Assembly: GCF_009914755.1 (NCBI RefSeq)
Contig: NC_060925.1
Direction: 5' to 3' (one strand)
Source: the human T2T-CHM13v2.0 reference genome, Homo sapiens
Length of the DNA stretch: 64,000 nucleotides
Below, piece by piece: positions 28,607 to 45,021 of this stretch (positions within the stretch are counted from its first letter, which is position 1; each line of letters starts with the position of its first letter). A model generated the notes under the pieces. The model made no database searches, was not told the DNA's origin, and was given only the letters and a program-made list of their open reading frames with translations. The translations under genes were made by a program, and so were the position numbers.

Positions 28607-28799
28607 GGAAAGTCTTTAATGAGAAGCACTAGCTTCCAGACAAAATTTCATGAGATAGTATAGTTTGTTCAACTCAAACCCAGGATCTTTAATGTCCGAG
28701 CAACCACTTTGCTATCAAAGTTGGAGTTAATTGCATTAAAAGGAGTTATCAGATCAATATTCTACTGTTGTTGAATCATCTGAGTAAAGAAATACTGTC

Positions 28800-29430
28800 T
28801 CTTTTTAAATTTATTTTGAGGTAATCTCAAATTTATTTAAAAAACTAGAAGACTTAATGCAGTTGGAAAAATAGTACAGAGAATTTCTGTATAGACTTGA
28901 CTTAGATTGACCAATTTTTAACATTTTGCCACTTTTGCTTTATTATTCTCTCTATATATGTAAATTTATATGTCTAACCATATATTCTGAACCATTTAAG
29001 AACAAGTTGCATGCATCATACCCCTTTACTTGTTAATACTTCAGAATATATTTCCTAGGAAGAAGACTATTCTGTTGTATAACTCTAGTATTGTTAACTA
29101 ATTTCAGGAGATTTAACACTGACATAATACTTTAATCTACAGTGCATATTTTGACAATTGTCTCAATAAGGTTCCTTCCAGCTTTTTTTCTCTCTAGTCC
29201 AGTAATCTAGAACAGGATCACATATTACATTGTAATGTCTCTTTTTAGTTTTCTGTGATCTGGAACAGTTTCCCAGTTTTGTCTTTCTTGACAATGATAT
29301 TGATTGAAGAATATAGGTCTTATTTAATAGAATATTCCTCAACTTAGATTTGATTAATGTTTTCTCATGGTTAGATTCAGGTTATGCATCCCTGGCTGGA
29401 ATACTACATAAATGATGGTTTGTTGATTTG
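28800..29430 (-). mobile_element. Old L1 (L1MC-like) 3' fragment
   Basis: aaaaatagtacagagaatttctgtata...aacattttgccac...tctgaaccatttaaga. Confidence 0.7.
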
Positions 29431-31978
29431 TTCTTTTTGGGGGTATTGCAAGGGACCAAGTAATGTAAGGCTTCATAAAGAGTTTGGAGTTTGTTAAACG
29501 TAATGCAGAGTCATTAGAGAGTCTTAAAAACTAAAGTATATTTTAGAAATGTCACTCTGGCAGCTACAGAAAGGCAAGGTGGGCAGACGCAGACCAGACA
29601 AGAGACTATTTTGTAGTTCCGGTACAGTAAGGTATTTGTAAGGTAACTTAGAGGTAATAAAGTAATAAGGTAACTTAGATTTGGATGACAGTAATAAAGA
29701 TTCAACAGTGCTTTATAAAATTAACTTATATTACTATTATGAGTAATTTATACTTTATTCCAACTGCATTAGCATACATTTGAAAAAGTAATAGCAGCAA
29801 AATAATAAGACATTATTCCATGTTAGGGGCAGTGCTTATTGGGCACATGGATTTGCAGTTCCTTTTCAACAATTTCTTAGTTCCCAGGAGATTGCATACC
29901 CTTAGTACGTTTATCTCAAACTACAACAGATGCTCTTATCCAGTATGTTATACTGCTTATGATTTCAACAAGCAGTTCAGTCAGGAAATGTTTTGTGAAC
30001 ACCTGCTGCTAGACATGGATCTATGCTCTGATACAGTGGTGAAACAAGTGCATTTACAAATAAATAATATAATTTTAGCTAGCGAAGGATAAATGTAAAT
30101 CAGTGAAGCGTGGTAAGGAATGGAGAGTAAGGGAGGAGGGAGGCACGTGATTCTTAAGCAGTCCTTGAGCAGAATGATATCTGAATGATGAAAGTGAAAT
30201 GTGAGATGATGAGAGGCAGTAGCAAAAATAGAGGCATCAAGAAAGGTACAAGCTTAGAGAATCAGGACTAGCAAGAAGACATAGTCTGCCTGGCTCATGA
30301 GCTAAGGGCAGGACATGAGGCAGTTTAATGTGTTAGAGGCATGAATTTACTATGAAAAGATTCTAGATTCTGCGGGTTATTTTTCCCATAGGTAATGTAA
30401 TCTTTATGTAGACTCCCAGTTGTTGTACTGTTTTATTAAATGTTAGGTATATACAACGTTCTGTAAGTATAGCTTTGTGTTCTGGAAAAGGTAAACAGTC
30501 TTTCTTCAGTTAAATTTATTTAATACCTTTTGCTCTAAGTATATTCACAAAACTTTAGATGTAGTCTTTTAAACAATAATACAAAGTAATTATTTTGTTA
30601 ACTGTTAAGAATTTTAGTAAGGAAAAAATTTTGAGGCTGAAACATCTGATAGTGGTATAATGAAAGCTTGTTCTTTAAAAAAACTTAAAACACTGTTTTT
30701 GTTTGGCAGTCTCAAGTTAGGCTTTCCGTAAAAAGTTTACCAAGGTAAAATTCTTTGAGTCTCAATATTCGAGACTAAAACAAATTAAGCAGAGTAGATG
30801 AAACTTAAGTTAGCATAAAAGGTAAGCAGATTGGCAGTTATATGTAATAGATAGAAACAAAAGTATTCCATTCAGCATTAAGTGCTGATCGAATACAGGT
30901 AAGGAGAAAACAGTAACTATAAGGAATCAAAGTGCTGACATTTAAGGAGACAAATGTATGAAAATTTTCCTGAAGGCAAGACATGTTAGAATTGTGAAAA
31001 TGCTTTGTTCTGTAAGGAAAAGGATGTATGAAAGTGGGGAGGAAATCTTTTCTTAATGTAATATTATGTTATGGGAGATTTGTGTCCGTAACAATTTGAC
31101 AGGTTGAAGATTAATTCTATGTGGAAGTGTTGAGTCTTCGAAGATAGTATGTAAGAATTGGACACCACAGCCTGCGTTCAGCCTTTCATCGATCTCAGGA
31201 ACTCTTCTTCATTTTCTCCTACTTTCAGTTCTCTTCCTAGATTTCTAACATCCTGACTAACTCAATTTTCAGCTGACTTTTTTCCAGCCTAATTAAATTT
31301 TGATGTTTCTTACTGATCATTTTCAGATGAACTCTGCCACAGCTTTCTATTGATTGCAGAACTACTTTATGATCTAGTTCTCTAGTTATAACAAAACTAA
31401 CTCATGTAGTGATTGTCTATTTTCAGTCATTTTTCCTTTTTTCTTCTTTACTAATCTTTCTGAAAATAATATTTCTGAAGTATATTATGCTTATGTATGC
31501 AATATTACTACATGGTAAAACAGTAAATTTGAGATTATGTACTTTCTAAAATAAACGGGCTAACTAGATTTTTACTTAGTATTTAAATGTGATATAATTT
31601 GGTAGCTTTTTAAAAAATTAAGATACAATACACATACTGTGGCACTCACTTTTAAGAAGTTGTTTCATGTTCATTTTAATATACACGTGCTACCTTACTA
31701 CAATTGACAGATTTTTAGAAAATCTTCAAGGATTCAGGAATTTGTGAGCTGCTGTGCGTTGTTGGCATTTACAGAAATTATTAGATATTTAGTTTTAAAG
31801 GTTTAGAAATCTGGGAACATTAACTGGACCTCTTGAGCTACTTTAGCGCTGTTAGTGATGTATACCTAGGATATTTGACAATTAACACTAGAGTCAGTAG
31901 ATGCTAGAGATTGTTTATAATCACCTTTTTGTGTTTTGAGAATTAGTGTCATTACCATCGTGTTCTACTTCTGAATGA

Positions 31979-32322
<344 letters not shown>

Positions 32323-32405
32323 ATATGTGACGTACATCTTAAAAATATTGTTTGGTAGGCTTTGAGTATAGAATATACATGCTTATGATCATAATGTGTT
32401 TTTAG

Positions 32406-32520
32406 CATTTCAGCAGGAACTTGATGCAAGGCATGACAAATATGAGAGACTTGTGAAACTTAGTCGGGATATAACTGTTGAAAGTAAAAGGACAATTTTT
32501 CTCCTCCATAGGATTACAAG
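32406..32520 (+). CDS. TSNAX: TSNAX exon 3 ([39 protein letters not shown])
   Basis: ttttAG acceptor, AAG|GTGAGT donor; 115 nt; translin-family motif [11 protein letters not shown]. Confidence 0.97.
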
Positions 32521-32560
32521 GTGAGTAAGCATCTTTAGAATTTATTACAGTTTGATACTA

Positions 32561-32978
<418 letters not shown>

Positions 32979-33904
32979 TTAAGAAAGAAAAATTCAGAGC
33001 AGCTAGGGATTTTGTGTTAAGATTATTCATTAAGATATAGCTATTGTCTGTGAAAATATATGATATATTTTGATTGTTAGAGCCTGTTACATTAAACTTT
33101 ATTTGGATGATATGCGTGAAAATTTTAATATTAGATAAATGTTAAAATCTGCATAACCTATTTTCTCGTTCATTTTTGAACTCATGGCAGTCTGGCTTTC
33201 TGCCTCACAATTATTGAAATGCCCTTGTTACCTTCATATTATTAAGTCTCTGTTTTCTTATTTTACATTTTTGTAGCATATGATACTGTTGACTACTTAA
33301 TTCTTTTTCGAAAGTTCCTGTTTCAGTTTTGTGACTTTTGTTTACATTTTTTTCTCTAGGACTTTACTATTTTATTTTTCTACGCAGGCTTTGTATATTT
33401 GATAGACTTCGTGATTGCAAGTAAAAGAAACTAACTTAAACTAGTCTAAGCAGAACGGGGAAATTAATTATAAAAAAAGCCACTATCAACTAGCAGATTT
33501 CTTATTTTATGCACTATTTTCTATTACAGTTGTAATCATATTATTCATACAGTTTTGACTAGTAAACTGAGAAAATAGCAGACTTCAGAAAAATTAGAAC
33601 TTCCCAAGATTCAGCACTATCTTATGAGCAGCTGAGGATCTCCATCTTCCATCTTTGCTTCTTTGTTTGCTTCATAATTCATTTGACCTGATTCCTTTGC
33701 CTGTTTCACGAGAGGTAGAATAGTATCTACCCTACAACTCCCCAGCTTACGTGTTTTAGTCCAGCTTCTGAAGACGGATTGTTGTTACAAATTCCAGATG
33801 TCTCCAGAAGGGTAGCTGTGATTGGTTTTATACTATATGTCACAGAAAGAATGTAGGGAAGATCACATATAATTTATTAGCTTTTCGTTATTGAAGATAT
33901 TATT

Positions 33905-34143
33905 GCCCGGGCATGGTGGCTCACACCTGTATGGGCAACATGGCAAAACCCCATCTCTACAAAAAATACAAAAAACTAGCTGGAGATGGTGGTATGCAAG
34001 TGTAGTCCCAGCTGCTCAGGAGACTGAGGCAGGAGGATTGATTGAGCCCAGGTGGTCAAGGCTGCAGTGAGCCATGATTGTGCCACTGTACCCCAGCCTG
34101 GGCGACAGAATGAGACCCTGTCTCAAAAAAAAAAAAAAAAAAG
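33905..34143 (+). mobile_element. AluJ with left-arm deletion
   Basis: ggctcacacctgta|tgggcaacatgg junction. Confidence 0.85.
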
Positions 34144-34489
34144 ATACTGAAGTATTCCGTTCAGTAACATGAAACTTTTAAGATAATTCTCACATTTTAA
34201 TTTTTACTTCATTAAATGGAATCTAATTTGCCATACATAGATTTATTGAAATATGGCACTGTTAACATTTTCTTTTTCTTACCTGACTGTGTAAAATTAG
34301 TTTTTGCTTGTTTTCTCATATCATTCTTAGATAGCTTGTACATAATAAGGCTTGTATTATCGAAAGAAGCAATACTGTTCTTATTAATTATGGACACTTT
34401 TTTTTAGTACTTATTACAATTCTAAAACAATTGCCATCAGTATTCAGCAGTAATATAAATAACAAAAGCAATAATATAAAGAAAAACAT

Positions 34490-34708
34490 ACAGATTGAGT
34501 ATCCTAAATGCTTGGGACTGGAAGTGTTTTGGATTTCGGATTTTGGAATACTTGCAGATAATGTATGGGTTGAGCATCCCTTATCTGGAAATCTGAAATC
34601 TGAAGTGCTCTTGTGAGCATTTCCTTAGAGTGTCTTGTTGCTAAGAAAGTTTTGGATTTTGGAGCATTTTGGATTTCGGATTTTCAGATTAGGGATGCTC
34701 AACCTGTA
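34490..34708 (+). mobile_element. Tigger4a/MER46-like MITE
   Basis: TA-cagattgagtatcc ... ggatgctcaacctg-TA terminal inverted repeats. Confidence 0.8.
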
Positions 34709-35095
34709 ATAGGAATATGACAGGAGACCTTAATATTTTAGAAAAATCTGCGTTACTGTGTGAAGTCATCTTTTAAATATTTTTCCACCAAAAAATAAAT
34801 GCTCATTATAGTAAACTTAGAAAATGGTAGTCTTTAGAAAAATTACGAATGGCAGAAAGGTAAAGCTACTTAATGAGACAAATCAGTCTGTAGTACCCAA
34901 AGATAGCCTCTATCAACTAGCAGATTTCTTATTTTGTGCACTGTTTTTTATCATAGTTGTGATCATACTGTTCATACAGTTTTGACTAGTAAACTGAGAA
35001 AATAATAGACTTCAGAAAAATAAGAAACTTAAGAAAAAAATAGAAACTTTAGAAATATTAGAAACTTCAGGAAAGTAAAGATACTTCATGAAAGA

Positions 35096-35393
<298 letters not shown>

Positions 35394-35499
35394 TTATGAA
35401 AGAAATGAGCCAGTCACAGTACAGCTGAAAAACTGTTGTGAGAGGACCTCATGTATTTTAACTACAAAATTATTTTAATAGACATAGATAACTCTTCTT

Positions 35500-37420
35500 C
35501 AGTGAGCTTCAGTAGTTTGTGTCTTTCAAGGAATTTGCCATTTCCTCTAAGTTTTGAAATTTATTGGTGCTAATTTTCATTTTGATTTCACCTTTGACCC
35601 AAGAATAATTTAAGTATGTTATTTTGTGTCCAAATATTTTGGGAGTTTTCCAGACGACTTTCTGATACTGATTTCTAATTTAATTTCATGTGGTCAGAGA
35701 ACATACTTTCTATAATTTGAATCCTTTTAAATTTATGGAGCCTTAATTTTGGCCCAGGATATGGTCTATCTGGTAAATGTTGTGTGTGCACTTGAAGAGT
35801 GTGTATTCTGTTATTGTTAGGTGTAATTAAGTCAGATTGGCTGATAGTGGTGTTCGCGTCACTTATTTCCTTATGATTTTCTGTACACTCGCTCTATCAG
35901 TTATTAAGAGAGAAAGAGGGTGACCTCTCTTGACGATAATTGTAGATTTGACTTTCTCCTTGAAGTCCTATCAGTTTTTTCTTCAAGTATCTTGAAGCTC
36001 TTTTATTTGGTACATTAATATTTAGGATTGTTATGCATTTAATGAATTGACCCTTTATCATTATGATGGTATCCCTGGATATAGGCTTTGCCCAAAGTTT
36101 GATGTTAATATAGCTACTCCTGTTTCGTTTGATTGTTATTAGAACGTATATCTTTTCATCCTTTTATTTTTAATCTATTTGTGTTTATATTTAACATGGA
36201 TTTCTTGTCTCTCTTGCTTTTTAAAAATCCATTCTGAAAATCTCTGCTTGTTAGTGCAGGTGTTTAGACCGTTTACATTTAATGCAGTTATTGCTATGGT
36301 TATAATTAAATCTACCATCTATTCTTCTCTCCTTCCTGCCTTATTTTGGATAATTTTTTATGATCCCATTTTATCTTATTTGTAGGCTTATTAGCTATGC
36401 CTTTTTTGTTTTGTTTTTGTAGTGATTGTTTTATGGTTCATAATATATATCTTATTGTCAACTATTCTCACTTTGTACAATACTGTGTTTACTAAAATTT
36501 GTGCATACAAGAATCTTTTCACTTTGCATGATTTTTTGGTAACAGTTACTTTGCCAGTGAAGGTCACAGTTTTGATGTGCCCAAGTTTCAGTTAACACAG
36601 TACCATGCAAAGTAAGGACTACTTATCATTTCGCGTATGGTATAAAAATCTTATACTTCCTTTTCCATTTCCCCTCTACTAGCTTGGCCTTTTGTGCTAC
36701 TGTTGTGATTCATGTTATTTCTACTTTTGTTGTTTCCACAATATGTTATGATTTTTACTTTAAACAGTATGATTTAAAAATAAGAAAAATATTTATTTAT
36801 CCACATTTACCAATTTTTGTAAATGTTCATTCCTTTGTGTATAGATTCAGATTTTTATCTGGTATCATTTTCCTTTTGCCTAAAGAACTTCTTTTAATAT
36901 TTTTTGTAGTGTCAATCTGCTGATGATAAATCAATTCTTTCCGGCTCTGTGAACTAAGGGGATTGTTCTGCCTGCTCACTTTGGGCAATTCTTTTTCCAG
37001 CCTTAGGTAGTTTCCTCACATGCCTGCACTGATCAGTACTCAACTGAAGACTTGAGGAGGTTGCTTCTATAAATCTCTGAAGCTCTCTGTTTATACAGCT
37101 TTCTCCTCATTGTTACTCTGCTCTGCAAATTTTAGCTGTCTCGATCCCCCAAAACTCCCAACTCCTTTTCTACTCAGGCTGACTCCCAGGCTCCACCTAA
37201 GTTTCCTGTCTCTGTACTGTCACTTGGAAGCTTTCCAGGCAATAAGATGGGGCAGTCAGAGGGTATATGTTGTTCTCCTCCCTTTCCCCAGGGATCACTG
37301 CTCCATGCTGCCTGTAGTCCAGTGTCTGTAACCATTGTTTTCTGTATTTATTTTTTCTTTTTAGTTGTTTAAGGAGGGAGGATAAATCCAGTCCACGTTA
37401 CTCTGCCCTTACTGAAAGCA
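35500..37420 (-). mobile_element. Old L1M fragments, antisense
   Basis: gtggtcagagaacatact...gtgcacttgaag...gtttagaccgtttacatttaatg. Confidence 0.75.
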
Positions 37421-37677
37421 GACATTTATCCATATATCATATTTTTATGAACAAAATTTTTCTTATAGTAAACATACAATTTTTGTATACTTTTTTCACT
37501 TAACAGTGTGTTAATAACATTTTCATGTTCTCCATACTATGAATAGTTTTGAGTAGTTTTGAGTTAGAAGTATATGAATGCATACAATATTTAGCCCTAT
37601 GTTGATAATTAGGTTATTTTAGTTTTTCACTGTTAAAGCATCTGATGTTCTAAAAGTTCCCAATATCTTGATCATAG

Positions 37678-37808
37678 TGCTCCTGATATGGAAGATATAT
37701 TGACTGAATCAGAAATTAAATTGGATGGTGTCAGACAAAAGATATTCCAGGTAGCCCAAGAGCTATCAGGGGAAGATATGCATCAGTTCCATCGAGCCAT
37801 TACTACAG
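37678..37808 (+). CDS. TSNAX: TSNAX exon 4 ([43 protein letters not shown])
   Basis: catAG acceptor, CAG|GTAAGT donor; 131 nt, frame continuous. Confidence 0.96.
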
Positions 37809-38087
37809 GTAAGTCTAGGTTTGTTTCAGGGTAATATATATTTTAAATGGTGTGCTACATGATTAACATGTGAGTTGCATGAATTTTAAGTGACACCTGA
37901 TGAAATAATAATACTGGCTTTTAAAGAACTGCAACTTTGTAGTAATATAGAAGTAATCCAAAGGCAAGTTGGCTTTATGTTTTTTTTAACAGTGTAGTGA
38001 TGGTCATTGATTGATTTTAATAAAGTATTTGAGAACACAGATTTAATAGGATGAACTTTATTCTTGAGTATGTAGGATGTGTTCAGA

Positions 38088-38481
<394 letters not shown>

Positions 38482-38525
38482 CTAATGTGGGTTCATTGAT
38501 AGGACAGATACTAGATAATTCAGAT

Positions 38526-38756
38526 ACAGGTTCAGTATCCCTTATCCAAAATGCTTGGGAACAGAAGTGTTTCAGATTTTGAGTGTTGAAATATTCACAG
38601 TTTACTGCTTGAGCATCTCTAATCCAGGAACCTGAAATGCTCCAATGAGCATTTCTTTTAAGCATGACCTTTGAGCATCGTGTCAGCACTCAAAACGTTT
38701 TGGATTTTGGACCATTTCGGATTTAGGATTTTTGGATTAGGAATGCTCAATATCAG
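38526..38756 (+). mobile_element. Tigger4a/MER46-like MITE
   Basis: caggttcagtatcccttatccaaaatgcttggga ... gaatgctcaa. Confidence 0.8.
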
Positions 38757-41700
38757 TACCCTAAGATTTGCAGGAAGACTGGGAAATGAGTTTATTTGGT
38801 ATCTGCTTAATACGAATACCCAGTTTTAGCCTAAACGTTTATAATTTCAGCACTTGTTTTTTCAGAAATGTTGATATGTCTTCTAATATGGGTAAGAGAA
38901 AGTACCAGCATACATTAGTTAAAACTGAGGGTGCATTGTTGGAAACTGAAGTGTAAAACAGTTCTGTGAGGAGTCATTATAACATATTACCAAATGAAAT
39001 ACAGTCTGCCATCATAATTTATTAATATCAGGGGTTTATTTGATTTCTTAATAATAGCACACACAATAAAGATGACTTCATGAATTTAGTTTGTTGTAAA
39101 GTGGCACAACCTATAAAGTGTGACAGATTTGGCTGGAGTGGGAGACAGGATCAGAAGTACTGGTGGGAAGAAGGGTGAAGTAAAAGGTAAATCAAGCTTG
39201 GCAGAAAACATGAGAATATCTTTATAATAGTAGCTGTGACCATACTACAGATAGATTCATAGCAGGAAAATATTTCAGACAGAGTAGTCCTGCTATACAT
39301 AAGTTAGGTATGCGTGTGTAATCTTGAGGGCTACTGGGTGGTAGTGTTGGTGGTGGTGGGGGACCAAGTTAGGTCTCTTAGTTTCTGGAAAGTGCTTGAA
39401 CTGAAGCAGCAGTACAGTCTAAATGTCTGTATTAAACAGAAATCCAATTCTACAGCTTTTCCTAAGTATCCTATTAACCTGAATGACTAAAGGCAAGAGT
39501 TTGAATAACTTCCATAATCTTTATCATTTTTTCTATCACATCATCATGTAGTATGCCTATCTTGCAAAAATTCATGACAGTTAATAAATGTAATAAAAGC
39601 TGATCACAGTAGTTCTCACTTTGGACTTCAGTCTGCTTAAAACTTGTATTTTAATAAAAATTCACATATTTTCCCCAAAATGTTGGTGCCTCATGTGTGA
39701 AAAAGTTTTTCATGTTTAGACTTCTCAATTCCTTATTAGTGCATGATTAGGCTCTACTAATTGTGACAACATCAAGTTCCCCAAATATCTGTGGGACATA
39801 TGGGACATTTCAGATTTGCTGTATTTGGCCCAGTAGTTCTATTTTGTATGTCCTCATGCATCAGTGAAGTATAAAGATAAAGAGTTTAAATAAGGGCCAA
39901 GGCCATATAGATAATGATACCAAAAGCAACCTAGAAAGCTGTACATTGTCTTACAGAACAGAGAAATGGAGAGAAAAAGGTGAAAGGGAAATATTCAGTA
40001 GATTATTTCCTAATGCAGGAAGGAAGTGCTGTACTCTTGGAAAGATAGGACATTAAGAAAATGGGAATGATAGATCTTCAGATTTTCCTACTTCACTGTA
40101 TCATTGAGGATTATTATAAGCACAGTGGTCTCTTAGGCCTTCGTTTATGATTTGTAAGTTTCCTTTGAAGATAACTTACTCATGGATTAAAATAATGAAG
40201 GATTTTCTGTATCTTTTCTGTAAAAAGTCTTTAAAATGAGATTCTTTGAATTGAAGCAATAAAGATGTTTTTTCTTAAGGAATAAAGCAGTCAAGTAAAG
40301 AGGTGTCTAGGACCGAAAATTTTGCTGACAGATATTTTATTTGATAAAATAAGGTTATTTATAATTGGATTAGCATTAACAATATGATGCTTATGAATAG
40401 CTTGCTGCTTGTAATTGTTAAATGCTTGTTTTGGTATTACTCCAAATAGTTGTTCTTTTGACTTGAAGATAAAACAATTCTGGCAATGAACTAAAGGAGT
40501 TCTGTGCTTTTCCTCATTAAGAATAGTGCTAATGGCACGCAGAGCATTTCCCTAAGGGATACTTGTGTGAGCTCAAACATTGAGTATCCTAATAATTGAA
40601 CAACAACAAAACGTCAGGTCTGTTTTCTACACATTTCTTATCAGAGTAGATTACAGATTGTCCCAAGGGATGGTTAAACAAATGAACAAATAATTAGCTG
40701 CTTGAAATAAGTCTTTAAAAAAAAATTTGTGTCCTGTCATTTTTTTTTTCCCTCTTGTTGAAAAATTAACAGTTTGGGGGAAATGTCCTCCATTTCAAAG
40801 AAGAAATACATGTTTTTTTCTTAAGTTTAGTTTATATCACTGATAATGATAAGAATTGTCATTTTTTGAGACATTTCGGTACACAAAACTAAGTTTATAT
40901 CCTAATTAATGTTTTAATTCTTTTATCCAAGAATGTGAATGATGGGTAAAGTGGATGTTTTGGGCCAGTTAAGATATGTTTTTAGCCACTATTCTTTATA
41001 TTCACAATCTCATAGGTTTTTGCAATACCTCTAAATCATAGATATTTTTACCACTTCACAGGCGGGGAGATTGAGGCTCACAAGTTATGCTCAGGGTCAT
41101 AAGCTAGCACGTGGTACCATTGGTTTCTTCCCACATGGATTTCATTTACCTCTTAACTTTACAACCTAACTCCTAGCAAAGGCTTTATTTTGCTTACCCC
41201 AAATACTGAGGTTTTCCTCATAAACCCAGCACACACTGTGGCCCTTTTTTCATAGCACTTCTCAACTTCTAATGTGTAATCTCTTTATATATTATATTTC
41301 TTCATTATCTCTCTTTCCCTTACTAGAATGTAGACTCTATAGATCTCTACAAAGATTTCATTCCTGTTTTTCACTTTATATATCCCAGACACCTAATAAG
41401 TCTCCCGAAATACAAATGTTGAAAAGAATGAAGAACAAAACTAATTTTAAAAGGCTTTTTGTTGTTGTTCAGCCATATGCTTTATCTGATGATTTGCTTT
41501 CACAAGTTTATATTTTACTGTTTTTTGTTTCTTCCGAAAGAAAGCAAGTTTCCAGGAGCTATTTCTTAGACATACTAGCAGGAATAGGATCAATATTAAT
41601 GTTTAGGGAAGTTCCAAAGCTACTATAGCAGTACAGAGAAATTCGATGTAGGTTCAGCATATTGGCAAAATTGTGAGTGCCCACTGGAAAAATGAACTAT

Positions 41701-41819
41701 GATGTGAATCTCTGTAAGCTTTTGGAGTAACAGTAGGAAGAGTGTAGTGGATGGAATAATATAGCTAAAAATTGAATTTATCTGTTAATGAGTGAGATTA
41801 AGAGAGAAGTACCAGAGAT

Positions 41820-42250
41820 GTTGGTTAGTTAAGGTAAAGCTAAGTGCAGAAACAGATTAATAAACTGTGACGTTGCAGTGACTTAACAAACTAGAAATCG
41901 TTATCTTTCTCTCTTGAAGACCAGGCTTTGTAGTGGTAGTTTGAGTGTGCTCTGCCCACTTAGTTATTCACAGATCCATGCTCTCTGGGGCTCTGCTGTT
42001 ACCAGTACATGATTTCCAAGATGAGCCAGGGCATCAACATAGAGCTGACAGATTGTGGAAAAGGGAGGAGTGGGGGATGGCGCTTGAGGATTTTATGCAC
42101 CAGCCCTGGAAGTGGCATGGAGCACTTCTGCCCACATTTTGTTGGCTAGTCACATGGCCACACCAGCCTTAAGGAAGAATGGGAAATACGGTCTCTGTGC
42201 GTGCCAAGGAAAGCAAAATATGTTTGATGAATAGTTAATTTTTCTCTGCC
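41820..42250 (-). mobile_element. Old MLT1-type LTR
   Basis: gcacttctgcccacattttgttggctagtcacatggccacacc. Confidence 0.65.
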
Positions 42251-42529
42251 TGATATGGTAATTTGATGTTCTTTTGGTGTAATAGAAAATTCAGGTATAT
42301 GTCTGTTGATTGATTTAACATTTTTTTCTGAATAGATTTTTCTTTTGTTTGAAAGCATTCATTTGTCTGTTTGAAAGTGATTTTATAACTGGTGAGAAGA
42401 CTTTTAGTTCTACTACCTAATTTTGTAAATGAGGTGAGTGATAGTATTGGAATTGGAATCCGACTTGTTTCATCTACTCTGATAGACTTTCTGCTAGACT
42501 ATTATCCATCTCTGATAGCTAGTATCTAG

Positions 42530-42935
<406 letters not shown>

Positions 42936-43029
42936 TGACTTAGGATAACATTTTAGAAGAATAACAGCCCCTTTCAATTGTAAGCTAATAAAAGGGAAAA
43001 GAAATCCAAGGAACAAAAAACCATTGCTT

Positions 43030-43348
<319 letters not shown>

Positions 43349-44366
43349 TAAAATATTGTCTAACAAAAATTAATGGCAGTAATTCTTATTTTATTCTTCT
43401 CATAGTTTAATTTAGTAAACAGATACAAAGGGCCCTTATACCAGACACTGATAACATTATTCTGTATAAACCCTACTATGTAAACAGATGCCTGCACTTT
43501 ACAGATGAGAAAATTGGAGCACAGTAAAATGAGTAAACTTAACTCAGTTCACACTGCTTGCAAGAGACTTAGCTTTAGAACCTAGGACATCCTCCCTTCA
43601 AGTCTCTGCTTTCTGTTTTGCCATTATCATATTTTATTCAGTGGGAAGCTAGAGGCAGAGAGGTGAGGCAGTTGTAGTGGTCCTTCTTGGAGTGAAATGA
43701 ATAGGGCCTCAAGTTTGGTGTTAGCAGTGGGAATAGAGAGGAATGGGCATGTTTTTAGAAGACAGTTTATTTTTAAAAAGCAGAAAGGGAATAGTCTAGG
43801 GATGCCTTTAGGTTTCTGGTTTGGCCAACTGGATGAATAGGAATGTTATTTGTTAAGAGGAGAAAACAGGAAGGTGGAATGGGTTTTGGAAAAATTAATT
43901 GGAAATCTTAGGACGTACAGGTTGCTGCCTAGGAGGCAATTTGATACGTAGGTCTACAGAACTCAGGATGCATCTGCAGTTACAGCCTTGGAGTCATGAG
44001 CTTATAAATTGTAGTTAATTTTAAAGACATGGATAAGATTGTCTAAGGAGAGTGTAGAGTGAGAATAAAACCAAAGGCTGGGAACCTTAACTAAAGGAAA
44101 TACAATATAATATTTAAGCGAATAATATCCCTGAATAATCAAGACCTGAGGATGGGATCCAGAGCTTAAGCCTTGTATGACAGGACAGCTCCCTCTTCCC
44201 AGATGGGCAGTTACAGATGGGTAGTTACAGATGGGTATAGAGGTAGGGAATTGAGAAAATTCTTGCTCAGTCACTTCCATTTTCCTGTCATGTGCTGAGA
44301 AAAGGGGATGTGGTGGGGAAATGGTATGGAATTGATGGGAGACTGGAGATTTAAGAATGACTCTGA

Positions 44367-44640
44367 TGGCTCACGCCTGTAATCCCAGCACTTTGGGAGG
44401 CTGAGGTGGGCGGATCACAAGGTCAGGAGTTCGAGACCAGCCTGACCAAAGTGATGAAACCCCATGTCTATTAAAAATACAAAAATTAGCTGGACATGGT
44501 GGCGTGCACCTGAGGCAGGAGAATTGCTTGAACCCAGGAGGCGGAGGTTGCAATGAGCCGAGATTGCACCACTGCACTCCAGCTTGGGAGACAGAGTGAG
44601 ACTCCGTCCCCGCCCCCAGCCCAAAAATAAAAATAAAAGA
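44367..44640 (+). mobile_element. AluS (deleted) within L2 remnants
   Basis: Alu arms with internal deletion; TSD aagaatga. Confidence 0.85.
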
Positions 44641-45021
44641 ATGAATGTGAGTGTAATGGGGATGGGAACTTAACCAGGAATATTTAATAGTTGCTGTTAA
44701 TCATTTTTGAAAGTTTACCTGAGCAATAAATATAATCCTTTCTGTATAGCAATAGGAATGAATGAGGCAGAAAGTTAGATTAATTCATGGTTTGGGTCGT
44801 GCTCATTATTTGGCAGTAGGATGACAGTGGGAGAAGTAGGAAAAGATAAGCAGCCTGCTGCATTATTGTGGCCATGTTTGTTGTTAAAATAGAAATACAT
44901 CCTTCTTTGTTTGTTGGTAAGTAGTATATTGTCAACTGTGATGAGTAGTAAAATTAATAATACAAATTTCAGCACATGTGGTTTATCTCAGAAGCCAAAG
45001 GTGCACCGATTCCAAGATACT

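Noticed and set aside
32408-32416. tttCAGCAG tandem acceptors inside the start of exon 3
   Set aside because: Use would remove 8 or 11 nt and frameshift; only 32406 gives the TRAX sequence, and there is no evidence of use
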